This document shows, one piece after another, positions 1 through 13,566 of a DNA stretch of 64,000 bases. A program made the translations under genes and the position numbers. The notes under the pieces were generated by a model. It searched no databases. It saw nothing but the letters and a program-made list of their open reading frames with translations, and had not been told where the DNA came from. Each line of letters starts with the position of its first letter. The first letter of the stretch is position 1. Source of the stretch: Iphione sp. A-MEVVRFRX5 (lineage: Eukaryota); contig OZ320319.1 in the NCBI GenBank assembly GCA_976226885.1, positions 47,182,001-47,246,000 of the forward strand. Direction: 5' to 3'.

Positions 1-582
1 AACTTGTTGTTTAACCCGACAATTGACGAAGCTTGCATCGAATTTGTGTTATAGTAATATGACGTTCAATACACCACCTACATTTCAGAAGGGGCTGTTA
101 CATAACGATGTAAAATAGGAGTGGGTGAATTTGGCAAGTCAGTGCCTTCCTATAGTGCTTAGCGTGACGATGGTTTCGAGCTCTTTCCTGCCAGTTCGCA
201 CGTCCTCTACAATGTCATGCTGCTCTACAGACACGAACCCATCCTTCACTGTCAATCACGAGTGTGGACTAATGGAATGATTCCTAAACGTCATTTGTTT
301 GCGGGACCGGTCTAGCCTTCCTATGTTAAAATTTTCGTTCCTGATTGCCGTCATGAGAGCGACGTAAAATTCCTCAATTGAAACCAAGCCCTAGAATTAT
401 TCTTATTACACGACTTCCATCTGTATATCTCAGGGATGGTCGGGTATGGCTCTAGCCCTCGGCCGTGCAGTATTCTATTATGTTTTGGTGAACAGTGTAT
501 GGAAGAACCAGCCTTCGTCGGCTTCCCATCCCTTCGTTAGGCTGGCTTTATAAGCCCATGCCCCTGCAGAGTTGTCGCTGCA

Positions 583-608
583 TGTGTGTGTGTGTGTGTG
601 TGTGTGTG
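583..608. repeat. (TG)n microsatellite
   Basis: Direct reading. Confidence 0.95.
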
Positions 609-1959
609 ACAGGAAGAGAAAGAGAGATACATATACACATGTCGTACATACTATCTACATGTACATGTATATGTATGTCGGGGAAAGTAAAGTTCCTGCA
701 TGTTACAATAGATGTATCCCACAATTTTCCCTAGGCTACCAATGTGTCCAGAATTCAGGGGTGAAACCCACACTTGGACATTGTTTTTCACCGACTCGCC
801 CGCCCGTTTATCATTTTTACACACAAATAAGAAGAAAGAGGTTCTTTCTTGGCACTGGAACGAATCAATGTTGTCCATGCTTTCTAGTAGGCCTACTGGT
901 CATTGGATACCAAACCTTTTCTTTCCTGGGACAGATTATAGTCAGAATTTAATTGGAAAGCACCATGTTGATGCAGCGATATTAGGGAGAGTGGAATCGC
1001 CTGAAAAAATCGCAGGTGATCCTCGAAATACGGAGTCGAAAGAAAGAAATATACAAAGCAGTGCCTAAAATTTGAACTTCATGTAGGCACACTGAAGGGA
1101 TATATATGTACTATAAAGCAGATAACGTTCCTGAACCTGTCTCTACCTGTCGATTATAACTATCTCAGTGTCTCGAGACTTCTCATACCTATGTTTCTAG
1201 TGAAGACGCATCCACAATGCTTAAGCTCTACAGATGAACTGCACGAAACGGAACGAAGAGCTTGCACATGCAAATCCTCTTACACCAACATAAAACGTTC
1301 ACACTTCTCTCCATGCAGGAATACTTCCTCTCTCTGCTGGGAATTCCTTTCCCCGCCGACGGATATCCACATTGGCGAGACAGTGCATGACACTGCGGCT
1401 GATATCACGGACTAGGGCTGGCCTGTATCTAGGGGAGTGTTGGAATTTTAGACCTTAAAAACTCTTATATGGTAATCAAATCCGGCCTTTTTGCACATAC
1501 ATAAGAAATTATGAAGTCGGAAATCTCCGTATGTCTCTCCAATAATATAAAGATATCCGGCCATTTTGCAATGTGCGGAGGGGGGCACTGTAAATGAAAA
1601 TATTAGTTTCCATCACATGATATAGAGAACAATGGAACACAAGGGAGTGGAGATGGAAATCAGAAGAAAAGAGAGTACAAAGACAGGCACGTTTTGTACC
1701 TAATGGTCTACCAGATTTTCAGTTATCCCATGTACTCGTCAACATCCATGTCCTTTTTGAGTGCAATCTCTTGTAGAATACATGTGTATAGTTTGCTTGC
1801 GATTTTCAAGACTATTATTTAATAAAGTAAATTTTCTCGCTATGGAAGAGAACATGTATTATTATAACAGCATCTACACTTGAGACCCTTCTTTGGCGAA
1901 TACTTCTTTGTGTGAGGCACTTGCCTGTGGCAGGCAGCTACACAATGGGTTTCTCATAC

Positions 1960-2209
1960 GATTTCTGATCCTCCGAGTAGTAGCATATGTATGCGCCTAG
2001 AGCAGAGAGCATGCGTCAGCCTGGATGGTTTACTTGGTAAGACCTCAGGTCCCACAAACGTTTGGCATCAACTCTGTCGTGAGTCAATACCTCATCATCA
2101 GGCGGGTCTAGGAAACACGGTAGATAACAAGAAACCTTTTACCGTGCATGGCCGATGGCCAAGTGACAAAAAATTATGTGTTCAGGGATCTGGCAACAGT
2201 CATAATTAA
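1960..2209 (+). mobile_element. Decayed tyrosine recombinase C-terminus (DIRS/Ngaro/Crypton-like)
   Basis: LLG......WHQLCR......AGLGNTVDNKKPFTVHGRWPSD resembles LG.D....LHSLR.GGA.AAANAGV.DRLFKRHGRW.S[DE]; the catalytic Tyr region is not retained. Confidence 0.45.
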
Positions 2210-5099
2210 ATAATACACCATGGGAAGCAGCCGTATGGACATTTCATGTGTAGCTCAGAGCGGACGATTTACTTGTACAAGTTCAAATAGTTGTTGAATC
2301 TGTCTGGAGCTGCACCCCTTGTGCCATCACTATTAGGTCTCCACTGGGTCCTTCGGCGAGGGATTTGGTCCCTTCAATGGGAAGTCACGCTGGTATCATG
2401 TAATGTTCCCTAAGCGTGCCAAAATCTCGAGTTCTAATGAGCTGGGACGAGGATGTGCTCTATTGCTATAAAGTCGCCAGAATAGCAAACATTCTGAACT
2501 AGCATGAACTACAAATAAAGGCATCTCATAGGGATGAAGTTCTCAGTGACTGCATTAATTTCTAGTCGTGTACTGCAATTATACTAGCTTCTTGATGTGA
2601 AGCCAAACAATGAGTAACATGTTGGTACTAAGTGGGAGGCAAAGCCAGGTGCGTATCTTTGCAACCGTTCTAAATAATCGCTGACCAAAATATAACTGGT
2701 AAGAGCGGGACCAAAGGAGGTAGAAAAGTTGTAGGGAAAAAGAATCTTATGAAAGATACCACACCAACTACGTGGTGCGTATCTATAATGTTTATTTCAC
2801 TAGTGAAACTTTATTTCGAAGCTGGGTACGACCATTCATTGTGCTAGTATACATTTTCTTTACCCGAAGAATGAATAGAAAATTCAAAACATCGAAAGAG
2901 GAATTATTGGCGGATTCCATACACAGGGTCTGCTTCAATCTGTTTGAAAAAGGACCTGCTTCCTTTCAGTATGTCTACCCCAGGTCCTTACATTTTAAAA
3001 GGAAGTATCCCAAGATTTCATGATTTTTGTTCGCGTTTTTGCAACTATTACTGGAAAGACTTGACAAATTCCTATTATTCCTTGGATGCTGAGCTCTATA
3101 AGATTATTTATCAAAACATGCACAAAATATTTCAAGGTTTATCTTGTTTATTTATTTTCTGTTACATAGGGATAAGTAACAGGATAGTAGAACCGGTTCT
3201 AAATATTCTGTTGCCTCAGAATCGAAACTGAAAAAGTACCCGTCAATTTTGATGTACATGTAATAAGATACTTAGAATTCACCGATCGCTTTCGTGGCTG
3301 AATCTCCACCTAATGCAAACATCAGTCTTGTGCTAACGTGGGAGACAGACATGTTGTTTAAGCTTGGCAACAACCAACTTTCAACCCTTGTAACTTATAA
3401 CAATCTAGAATGTCTCCAGTAGTACCCATTGTTGTCGTTGACTCAACTGCTAGACATTTTTGTTTGTCTCCTAAAATTCCCATCAGATCTGGAAGTGGTA
3501 CTCTTACTGCTTGGGGTAAATTCATGTAGCAAAACGTGATTAGTAAATTACATGATTCAATACACTTATGAATATTCCTAAACAAATTGGGGTATTGCCA
3601 CCTGCTAAACACACAAGTGTAGAACTTCTTGAGCATACTGTAACCTGAAACTAATAGTAATGGCAATAACGTATCCATAGATTTACAAACACGTAATACT
3701 AGATCCACTTAGGCAGCAAATATTCAAACAATTCTATAAAGTTAGATGAAAGAAGCTAAAGCGAGAAGAAATTCCGAGACCTGGAATGGTCAGTATGACT
3801 GCTGAGCGGAAAGTACAGCCGTGTTTCAACGGGGGTTCTTAAATATCTACTCATGGATCACACCTGGAGAGAAACGCTGGAGTGCATATGGAGTTCATGC
3901 ATTTTTATTTCTTGTCTTATGCTCACTTTCCATAGAATTTTGAACTTCCTAAAATCTGCTAGGATTACACTCTAAACACCATAGCCCAATACTAGGTGTA
4001 GAGGTGTCACTTTCTGCGAAGATGGACGTACATATGGATGTAAAGGGCATGCGTTCGTACTATTACTAAACATGGGTTACTTTGCATGGTCTACCAATGT
4101 GTATCAACATAAAATAAACTAAGGTATAGCATAGACGTATATTCTGTGTGGCAGCTGAAAAAGATGCCCCATCTGAAAGACGAGCTTGCACCTAGACCTT
4201 TTCGACAGTTTCTAACACATACATCGTACACATTTTTTTTGTCCCGAACGACAAGTCATTAAGGAACTGGTGTATTGTTTCCTGTCAACAATATAATAAG
4301 CTACAAAAAGCATCTCTGAAATGTTTTTCGTGCCTGTCATGACATGCGAGTTATTTCAGCTCATTATTTTACCGTTTAGACAACGTAGTATATCCGTTAA
4401 GACAGAAGTAACAAGCGTTCACATCAGTCTTCAAAGTTTTAAACATTACTGGCATGAAGTATTTCTCTGGGAAAGACACATACATGGTGTAAAGAAGCAA
4501 TTGACCGCGGGTGAATTCATTCAATGATTTAACATTTTTTTTTATTAACTGCGTTCCTCCCTGAGCTTCTTACCTCTAAATTTGAAGCGTTCCATCTCAA
4601 GCTACAGATGCAATATATCAATAGGTTTATAGAGACATCACATGTATTAAAAGCTGATTATTGTACAATGAACATTCCAGCCTAAAAGCTATGATGTTTT
4701 TTTGGGGTTTGATATTCTATGGAAGAGCTCTCTGCTGAAACACTGAGAAGAGAATAGACTGTCTTTATCTTTATCTACGGTAAAAGAAAGCCAGTGACTT
4801 AAACAACTGCGACGGTTCGCAGTTCCCTGTCCTCAGTAGTAGATGTTCCGGCACTGAAAACGAAGAGTACGTTAACATTAAATTGTAACCCTTTAATACA
4901 CCGTCCTTTTAGTGAAGCCTAAATTGTCTTAACAAATATCCTGTTGCTTCAAAAATTCCTCATGGAGTATTTAAGTAACACTGTTTGAGATCTGTTCCGG
5001 AACATGAGACAAAAATACTTTTACACGGCCGGCATTTAAAGTATCTACTGTAATAACTCAACTAAGAAACAAAATATATAATGAATACTAATTGAGTTA

Positions 5100-5830
5100 C
5101 AGTCTCTTCCATCCAGGCATATTCTTAGTTCTCTATCGTCGAATTCTGCAGGTGGCATCAAACAGGTTGCTCTATTCCCATTACAGTTTCGACTGACATT
5201 TGAGTTAATAAAATTCCCAAGACTGTTTGGGAGCGTAGGTTTGTATCTTCCCTTAAAGATACTGTTCATCTTAATATTTCTGGTGGGGGACGGGGTATTG
5301 GAGTCATGCAGTACATTCGAAAGGAGGAATATAACACGGAGAATCGGAAGATTGTACGTGCAGTCAGACCCCAGCTACCAGATCACTGTCAACTCGAATA
5401 CCTCATCAACTGTAATAACGAATGGGGAAAATAAGTTCGATTGTATATTATGATCTTCCCTTTAATCAGGTGCTTCATTAAGCAGACCAACTTGTTGAGA
5501 ACAGAGGTGGCCTGCTTGGAAGGGTTGACTGTACAGGTCTTTCATTTTAGTTGAGTAAGGTGTAAATATGACACCAATATTTTAAACACCCTGTTCCCGT
5601 TTGCACCACCGAAGCAGGATCTACAAGCTGCAGCCAGGGCTTCCACATGCCGGTTTCGACATAATAGTCATGCATGTTAAGCCTCTATTTAGACTCTCCA
5701 GGTTGACCCTTTTCTAAAGTTAAGTATAGCTTTAACCTTTGCATTTTTTCTGGGGGGAGTGTGAGTAATGTTCTCCACAATTGGGAAATGTTAAAGTTGT
5801 TGGACCGCACCTTTGTTAAATGCCATATTA
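5100..5830 (-). mobile_element. Possible highly decayed CR1/L2 ORF2 fragment
   Basis: NISQLWRTL, FSPFVITVDEVFEL and SIFKG....PN occur in the order expected upstream of and within a CR1 RT; similarity is weak with many stops. Confidence 0.33.
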
Positions 5831-8447
5831 AGGACACGTTAACGGAATTCATGAGGAGGCATACCATATCCCACTTTTAGATAGTTTAGCTGAAACTGCG
5901 CATATGACTCGTTAACATTCAACTCAACACCAACCCTTCAGTTAGACAATCCAGGGTTCTCTTACATACCAGTTTCCAGGTATCTAACTCTCACAACCGA
6001 CCTATCATTGTGACGTTGGTGCACTGTCTAAGGTCCCTTCTCTTCGACTGGCACTCGAACCAAAATATTTCCTAGCTACATTAACCTTGTCGAATGGTGC
6101 CTACAAGCAGGAAATGCACCAGACTTTCAGCGGCGCCAACACTCAAAGGATAGTTTGGGTTGGACTATGTCCAAACCTCCCAGCGATCGAGAAATTCAAT
6201 AAAATGCATTTTAACGCAGAATACTTCAAGGCAGAAACCACACTGATCCCTCCGCTCAGGTCATACATAGTGAGAGAATGGGGGGAGGGAGTAGTGGGGG
6301 GGGGGGGGAGCTAACCGGTCTGGCATGGTGCTACCACCCGTGTAGTTGACCACTGTCACTAGACCTATCCTCAAACTTTGTCGTCACGGATAATCACAGA
6401 CAACTATAGCACCTCTGATGACGGACGATCCTATGTACCATAATAGGAACACTTGCTGAAATTAAGGTCCGTTACCTGAAAAATAAGCTCGTCTTGTGTT
6501 CCTAAGAACGAAAAACAACAGTCAAGTTGTCCATGTAGAAACAATAACTTTATACCGTTTTCACCTGTAACCACAATTTTGTGCAATACTACATGAACGT
6601 ATCCATAAATGGCCTGACATAAAGAAGCTATACGATTATGCTGAAACACAGTACGCTACAAAAATGTGTTCATAGCTAACCCGTATGTTATTAAATATAT
6701 GTACAACAATTAATAGTAAAGCGGTAACAATATCAATAAGAAAAATATATGAATGATCTGTAATTAAACGTGCATAACTTCAGGACTGAAGTCAAATTCT
6801 AGACAATTATTCGCAATGCATCTATAACATTTTCTCAACCATACAAAAAGATTCGCAAAGTAGCAAAATCACCAGACTACAGGAGAAATCAAGTTTCACC
6901 GGGCACAAAATAACCACATGTGTTCGACAAGATTGCCTTCATTGCGGGAAAAGAAAATAACCCAGCAGTGGCCACCACTACTCCTCATATGCAGCTATCT
7001 GCTGCCTCAAAAAGAAACTGCCACACTACAAAAATGCGGGAAATTCTCAGTCGGATTCTCCAGTATACACCCTGGAATTTATAAATTGTCAAATGTTCTC
7101 AGTTATCTCCATGACATTTGCATATCAGGCACAGACTGCAGGACCAAATATTTTCATGACGCTCAAGCTAATGTTTATGCGCAACACTAGCTGCATGACT
7201 CTGGTTGAAAAACCCTATGCCGTTACGGTTTAAACAGTAATTTGATTACTTTCTAAACTACTAGGTTACCGTGATGTTTTAAACTGCACATCTTCAGCAT
7301 GTACTTGATTTGTGATCTAAATTTCCATCACATACCTTCATTAGATTATACTTTTACAGTGTGACTTACAAATATATGGTCATTACTTAGTTTCTGCATT
7401 TAGCACACATGTAATGATAGCTTTCCTTTCCATGCAGTCATGCTCTCTTTTTAGTCATTTTCTTTACACATTGACCCCTGAAGAAGGCATAACAAATCAT
7501 CCGAAACGTTGGGAATATTAAAAACAACATATATCTTACTCGCCGAGCTTTGTTGGTGTGTTTTTCTACCTTTAAGATCATTTTTACACATTTTAAACAC
7601 AGAAATACGAGGAGAATCGAACCAAATATTCTACAAAATCCCATATCTTGAATGGCTTCGAAAATCTTTCTCACGGGGGAATAAGGAATACCGTTTGAAA
7701 ATTACTGGAGCGTATGAAAATCAGTTACATGTAGCCAGATGCTGGCAAGAACTGCTACCCCTGAGTGTGTTCGCACTCTATATATGTTTTCTGGTGAATA
7801 TGAAAGAACATGATTCACCCCCTGAGTGCATAATAAAGATGCCCGTCAAAACATTTCGAAGACAAGTGTCTACAATTGATGCAAACCTCTTTTATGGAAC
7901 CGAAGTAAGAGAGTCCTGGCGAAATAAAAATTGAAACACATCCACTGGCCTAGACCCTAATGACAAAAAATCGACTGAAAGTAGCATGCGTATTCTGCGA
8001 CTGCAATGGCGAAAAAAAAAAAAAATTCAATTGAGGGATCGCTAGAGTGTCAGCCACACAACATGATCTCCTAATAGAAATTCCACCAATTAAAATGCAT
8101 CGTTCACGACACAGTCGCAAAACAATGCAAAAACTTGCATTGTACACTGCTTTTAACCAGCTGGCGATGCCTCAATTGCTACAAAAGTAAATGATGAGTA
8201 CAAATGTGTCATGGCATGGCACTGTAACGATATATATGTTTTGTGTATGTATGTGTGTATATCTGTGTGTTGGGCGAGGTGAGGGGTGACTATAAATGCA
8301 TGCAAATAAGCTACAAAAGGTTAGGTCTCGCCATGTGTGCAGTAAAGAAGACTGAGCGAGCACAGCAGCGACATAACAGACGACAACTGAGGTGAGCGTG
8401 ACGCAGCAACTAGACGAGTACTTCAAGTGGTGGTGGTGGTGGGTGGC

Positions 8448-8547
8448 TTACTTATCGACGCAGCCGTAGAAGCCATGCTGCCGGATGTATTCAATGACGG
8501 CGTCCTGCACCAGGTACTTGACGCTGTCTCCGCGCCGGAACGCCCGC
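8448..8547 (-). CDS. NMNAT: NMNAT coding exon 8 (terminal)
   Basis: RAFRRGDSVKYLVQDAVIEYIRQHGFYGCVDK* matches RRAL..G.SV.YL..D.V..YI..H.LY; acceptor CTGTAACTTCAG; TAA at 8450-8448. Eight exons total 804 nt, open throughout. Confidence 0.94.
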
Positions 8548-8828
8548 CTGAAGTTACAGACAACCATGGATGTGAACATCTTCCATGAATATGTGTGTAT
8601 AGTTGAATGCCCATTTCCGACCATACCAATGTCCGACCAAATTTGATATTCTGGCTAGCTTAAGTCGTAACGGAAATATCTTCTATAATTAATCAATATG
8701 CAAAGTGATCAATTTCTGATCAATGTTAGTCTGTGAAAACAAGTTAGGGTCGTTTTTATTGAATTTTGAATGTTGATATTTTGACCAGGAGTCAGCATGA
8801 CCACTTTTCCCTAACACCAACGCTTCAA

Positions 8829-9060
8829 GGGTTATTCATTGTCTAAGGTATGGGTAGAGGTGTTACCAAGACAACTCCTCCTCCGTTGATTTCTGACCAT
8901 TTGAAATGATATTCTTTGCCTAAGGTGTCACCAGGGGTGTTAGTGTGATCAGACCTCAACAGAAGAGACTGTTTGAAGGGATATTCATTGTCTAAGGTAT
9001 CACCAGGTGTTACTGTGACCATCCTCCCCCCCACCCAAAAAAAATCAATTTCTGACCGTT
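8829..9060 (+). repeat. Degenerate about 75-bp direct repeat, 3 copies, in the last NMNAT intron
   Basis: ATTC.TTG.CTAAGGT.T...GGTGTTA recurs near 8830, 8908 and 8980. Confidence 0.7.
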
Positions 9061-9509
9061 CTTGCTATTACGACCGTTTTTAGCTTGGACTGGATTGGTG
9101 GTCGCAGATAGACATTTGACTTTATGTGTACATATATGAAATGGCACCACTTGTGTACCTTACCTTAATACAAAGCTTGGCCTTGTATATCTATGTTGGA
9201 ATCTGTATTTTTTCCCAAACACTTGTGTACAGGTAAATTAGATATAAAAAAAAGGCTGTCCATATTATATTCAGACATTCTCATAAAAGGCTAAGGAGTA
9301 AGACTAAAACTAAAGTTTACCATATCTTTAAAATCTATTGATATCACAATTGCAGAAGATATCCCGTGTTTTATCACACACATTCTTTTAAAACGCCAAT
9401 TAAAAAAGCAAATGGCGCGATGGTATAAACATTCATCAATCCATGCAATGAAGTAGCTTACTGAACCGCACGATGGACTGTGACCTATTTAAGAAAAACT
9501 GAATCTTAC

Positions 9510-9568
9510 CTGATTTTGGTGGAGCTAATTTCATTTGTTATCCATTCCTTCACAAGCAAGATATTGTT
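9510..9568 (-). CDS. NMNAT: NMNAT coding exon 7
   Basis: NNILLVKEWITNEISSTKI(R) contains the ISSTKIR motif; acceptor TTTACTTTCCAG, donor CAG|GTAAGA. Confidence 0.96.
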
Positions 9569-10012
9569 CTGGAAAGTAAAAAGTGGACATCGTACAGGAG
9601 GAAAGCACAAATTAAGTAGGTTTTGTTTGAATCTTGTTCTTCATGATTTATATATGTGAAACAACGAAATAGGCCTGGTTTCCTTGTGTATGAAAAAGTC
9701 TCCCACACTGTGGTCTGTGGTACGGGAAAAAATTCTATGAGAATGTAGACGGGTGTTTCTATGTGTATGTGCTCCTGGCTCTGTGCTCTGTGTATGGAGA
9801 CAGAGAACAGACAATGTTCATTTTATTCCGAACCATGCACATGCACAGATACGAAGGATAGAGAGATGAAGGTTTTCAGCTGGATAGGCACTGTCTATCA
9901 TATGATAGATGTGGTGTACTATTTTCAATTTGCATATCATTTGCATAGAAAGCTGCATAATTTCCACCGATACGCCTCACACAATTTCCACTATAGGTCT
10001 CAATCTCCATGA

Positions 10013-10165
10013 NNNNNNNNNNNNNNNNNNNNNNNNNNNNNNNNNNNNNNNNNNNNNNNNNNNNNNNNNNNNNNNNNNNNNNNNNNNNNNNNNNNNNNNN
10101 NNNNNNNNNNNNNNNNNNNNNNNNNNNNNNNNNNNNNNNNNNNNNNNNNNNNNNNNNNNNNNNNN
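10013..10165. other. Assembly gap (153 N) in NMNAT intron 6
   Basis: Run of N. Confidence 0.99.
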
Positions 10166-10489
10166 CTGGGTCTGCGTGCTTGTGCAGAAAACAGGTCATT
10201 TTCTGGACCTGACACGCAGTGCGGGAAAAAAACTGTGTGCATGGAAACCGGGCCTTAGTATTGCGCTGATAACAATGTGACCTAAACTCGCACCTTTTGA
10301 TCTAATAGCTATGACTGTATGTCAGGTTTTAAAGCACTATTGTCTCATTCGGTACGATGTGAGTTACACAGACAAAGTAGTGACGATGTAAACATAAATT
10401 ACAGGGGAAAACCACAAAGGACTTAAAGACACTTATAGTCAATCACTCGATTGTTGGGGGGGGGGATGTTACTGAATTAAACAACTTAC

Positions 10490-10591
10490 TTGGTGTTTGG
10501 TAAGAACATCGGATTCATAAATGAACTTCTCGGGTGAGGAGCCTCCTCTTGATATACAGACAATACCGTACCGCCCAACAATCTCTTCAAT
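10490..10591 (-). CDS. NMNAT: NMNAT coding exon 6
   Basis: IEEIVGRYGIVCISRGGSSPEKFIYESDVLTKHQ; acceptor TTTTCCTTTTCCAG, donor CAA|GTAAGT; phases 0/0. Confidence 0.96.
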
Positions 10592-11024
10592 CTGGAAAAG
10601 GAAAACGTCCAATATAAATGTAAATGAGTTTGCACGCAGCGTAAGTAAGAATTTATGAACACATAACCCCTTTACACTCTGTTTTTCTCTTGTTTTTGGA
10701 AGACTGCATCAGGCATGGTTAAAGGAGCATGTCTTATTTGGGAAAAGAGCCAATTAAGGCACTGCTGAGGGGTTTGAAAACCTGGCGTAATGTGATCTTT
10801 CCTCGTAGTTTTCTATGTCACAAAACCATGCACTTTCATTGGTAAAAAAATCTATCAGAACGTCACAAAAGGTTAAAAAAATCTGCGATGGGTCATTTCT
10901 TGTATGTCAAGCGGACTAGATTCAAAGGAGAATTTACAAAGGTACCCGGGAGCACTTGTAGAACATTGGGGTTCACTCTTTTACTGAACAAGTATTCACA
11001 AAGAGCAAAACGAAGTGGACATAC

Positions 11025-11176
11025 GTCTCGATCTAGCCACAAGCCTGGGGTACCAAATGACTCGAGCAGATCTGCGCCGCAGAGAAGCTTCATTTGGATG
11101 GGCCCCGAGCTGCTCTCTCCCGCGAGCGAGCTCATGTTGGTTCGCAAGTTCACTGACAAGCTGTAGTCTGGCTCAT
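11025..11176 (-). CDS. NMNAT: NMNAT coding exon 5
   Basis: ...GPIQMKLLCGADLLESFGTPGLWLDRD contains the KLLCGADLLESF..P.LW hallmark; acceptor CTTGCTTGTACTTGTCACCATCAG, donor GAC|GTATGT. The 5' boundary is inferred from phase. Confidence 0.92.
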
Positions 11177-11279
11177 CTGATGGTGACAAGTACAAGCAAG
11201 ATGTAGAGTCAACATCGTTTTATATGCTGATATGCACAAAAAATATCCTAGAGGCGCGCGTGTATGCGCGCTCGCGCAG

Positions 11280-11326
11280 ACACACACACACACATACTCA
11301 CACGCACACACATACTCACACGCATA
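11280..11326. repeat. Interrupted (CA)n microsatellite
   Basis: Direct reading. Confidence 0.9.
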
Positions 11327-11631
11327 CGGTAAATGAATGGGGAGAGGGAAAGTGCTGGCAAGGGAACAGTTTGATCAACTTAGCAATTACTTACATGCAT
11401 GAGCATCATCCAAGGTATGCAGCACAGCATACAAAAGCCATTCGATCCAGTGTAAACGAATCATTTGAAAGATATGCCAGTGCAGCAGTCTCTTATGTAG
11501 CTTTCTTCTCCAAGTTTCACTTTTTTCATTGGCTTGATAAGCACGAAAGCTAACATGCATATATTGTCCTACCTAGTATGGAGAGGGAGAAAGCACCTTA
11601 CTGAGCTGTACGGTCTGTGAGACTGACCCAC

Positions 11632-11786
11632 CTGTGTGCTGGAGGTCTGGGTCGAGTTTGCGTTTCTTTGTCGGCGTGTCGGGCAGGGGGTTAGCATTGT
11701 ACATGGAGTCAAGCTGCTCCTTGTGGTGCCGTAGCACAGACTCGGTGCGTTGCCATTCATCCTGCTCGCTCTCCCATGTGTCACAC
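11632..11786 (-). CDS. NMNAT: NMNAT coding exon 4 (DTWES..Q.EW..T..VLRHH plus basic NLS-like PTKKRKL)
   Basis: CDTWESEQDEWQRTESVLRHHKEQLDSMYNANPLPDTPTKKRKLDPDLQHT; acceptor TCAG at 11788-11787, donor CAG|GTGGGT. An alternative in-phase donor would end the exon at 11602. Confidence 0.92.
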
Positions 11787-13566
11787 CTGACATCATCAAT
11801 CAATACTAAACATTAGGGACACCAGGAAGGCTCAACAGACAATACTGGTCCTACCCTTGTTTTCATAGCACTGCCACTGCACTCTCATTGCCTGTTCCCG
11901 GTGTGTTTTCGCCTCCTCTAAGAGAAATTCCTCGGGGAGTGTCATGTGAGTCACTATAAGGACCGCTTCATGAATGTGGAAATGATACGCATGGAACAGA
12001 GCGCACTTCTCCACTGTGTCCGCGTCCATACATACAACACAAAAGAAAAACATAGGTGGACATTCCGCCCCCCCCCCCCCCGCCATGAATGTCAACATCA
12101 ACTCCTAACAACATCCGTCATATATGTTCGTTTATCTTGAGGATATACAAACATGAACATAGGAGTGACAGCCTATCTTTAATCATACAGAATGATTCTC
12201 AGCTCAACCGAATCGACGCAAGTTACTTTCACTCAAATCTCAACATTTTCTGCTCAAACGTGATGACAGCAGAATGAAGAGTAAATACAGCAGCAAATAC
12301 ATGTATATGAAGCTTAAGTCACTGGTCAAAAGTAATGAGCTAACAGCATAGGAGTAGATACATTTTATAATCAACTGTGCTTCCTTAATACCGAGAAAAA
12401 AAATCACTTTAAATAGGACGCATTTCCATTTTCCACTCATTCAAATGCACTATGAGGGCCCATTTCCATACTCGTGCCAATGCATTCCGTTTGTGTTGCG
12501 TTTTCTTTCAATTCTTAACCAGAATGTGACAGTTATTATGCTTGTGCTGCGTTTATGCATTGCTAGGTATTTGTGATAATATGCATTTGCGTGTTGTCTG
12601 TTTTCAGACATTGATTATGAACTTGATACAAATGCAGGGCTATGCATGAGTAACATATGGAACACATAGTAAGGGTCACAACCCAGGATGAGGTTTCTCT
12701 TATTTGCTCTGGTTTGTTGGTAACACATTTCCTCCGGCCAGATAAAATGTGTATAGTTAATGAAGATATGAGCAATATCACTGAGGTTATGCTAAAATCT
12801 ATCTAATTTATGAAAATAAGGGGAATTCTACTCGCGCTTCCACTGAAAACGTTTAATTCACTAAAAATGTACACGCCTGTCACTTTGGTTGCACAGAGTC
12901 TAGATATACATGTACATAATTTACGTATGTACATACATGTTCATACATAACACCCCAGAATAATGTGCCAAAAGTTGTTGCAGTGGCTGAATTTTGTGCA
13001 TCACAAAAGGATACGTAATTCACTAAAACAACAATGGAAACTAGCCCTGACAGAAGGAAGGCAGGTATACAGTTGTATATATGTTGAACCAGGAAGAAAA
13101 TTGTTTTCTTTTGTCATCAAGAGATGTCTATTTTCAGAACATTAGGCCAGCAATAGGAGGAATAGAGCAAGGAATCAAAATAAAGTGATCATATTATACA
13201 AACATTCATCAAAGACAATAATAACTCGTCATAGGCAGGAAAGAACTCAGCATACCGTAGTCCTGAGTGGAATGCCGCCATCAATTCCTAGGCTGGCGTA
13301 GCACCTAAGGGGGCTGGGGTTGGGTGAGGGACAGATAAACCTCTGTGACCACTTGCGGAAGCAATAGAGGGCGGCTCTTATTAGAGAGTTGCTTTTCATA
13401 TACGTGTATACTGTTTGGTCCTTGGACAAGCAAAATTTACCATATTTCTAGGCTGGTCTCCTAGCTTAGTTAGCTGTAGGGTGAGCTGCTAATGTACATA
13501 TACAACGGTTCATAGGCCATTATGAGTATATTAAGGTGAATCTGAAAGCCGATCCTTCTTTCCTAC

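Noticed and set aside
225-260. VIDSEGW on the minus strand, resembling AMP-binding ligases
   Set aside because: Not followed by the required TGD motif; stop codon immediately after.
7509-7934. 141-aa ORF, and the 151-aa ORF at 18385-18840
   Set aside because: No recognisable motif, non-protein-like composition, no splice support; consistent with chance ORFs.
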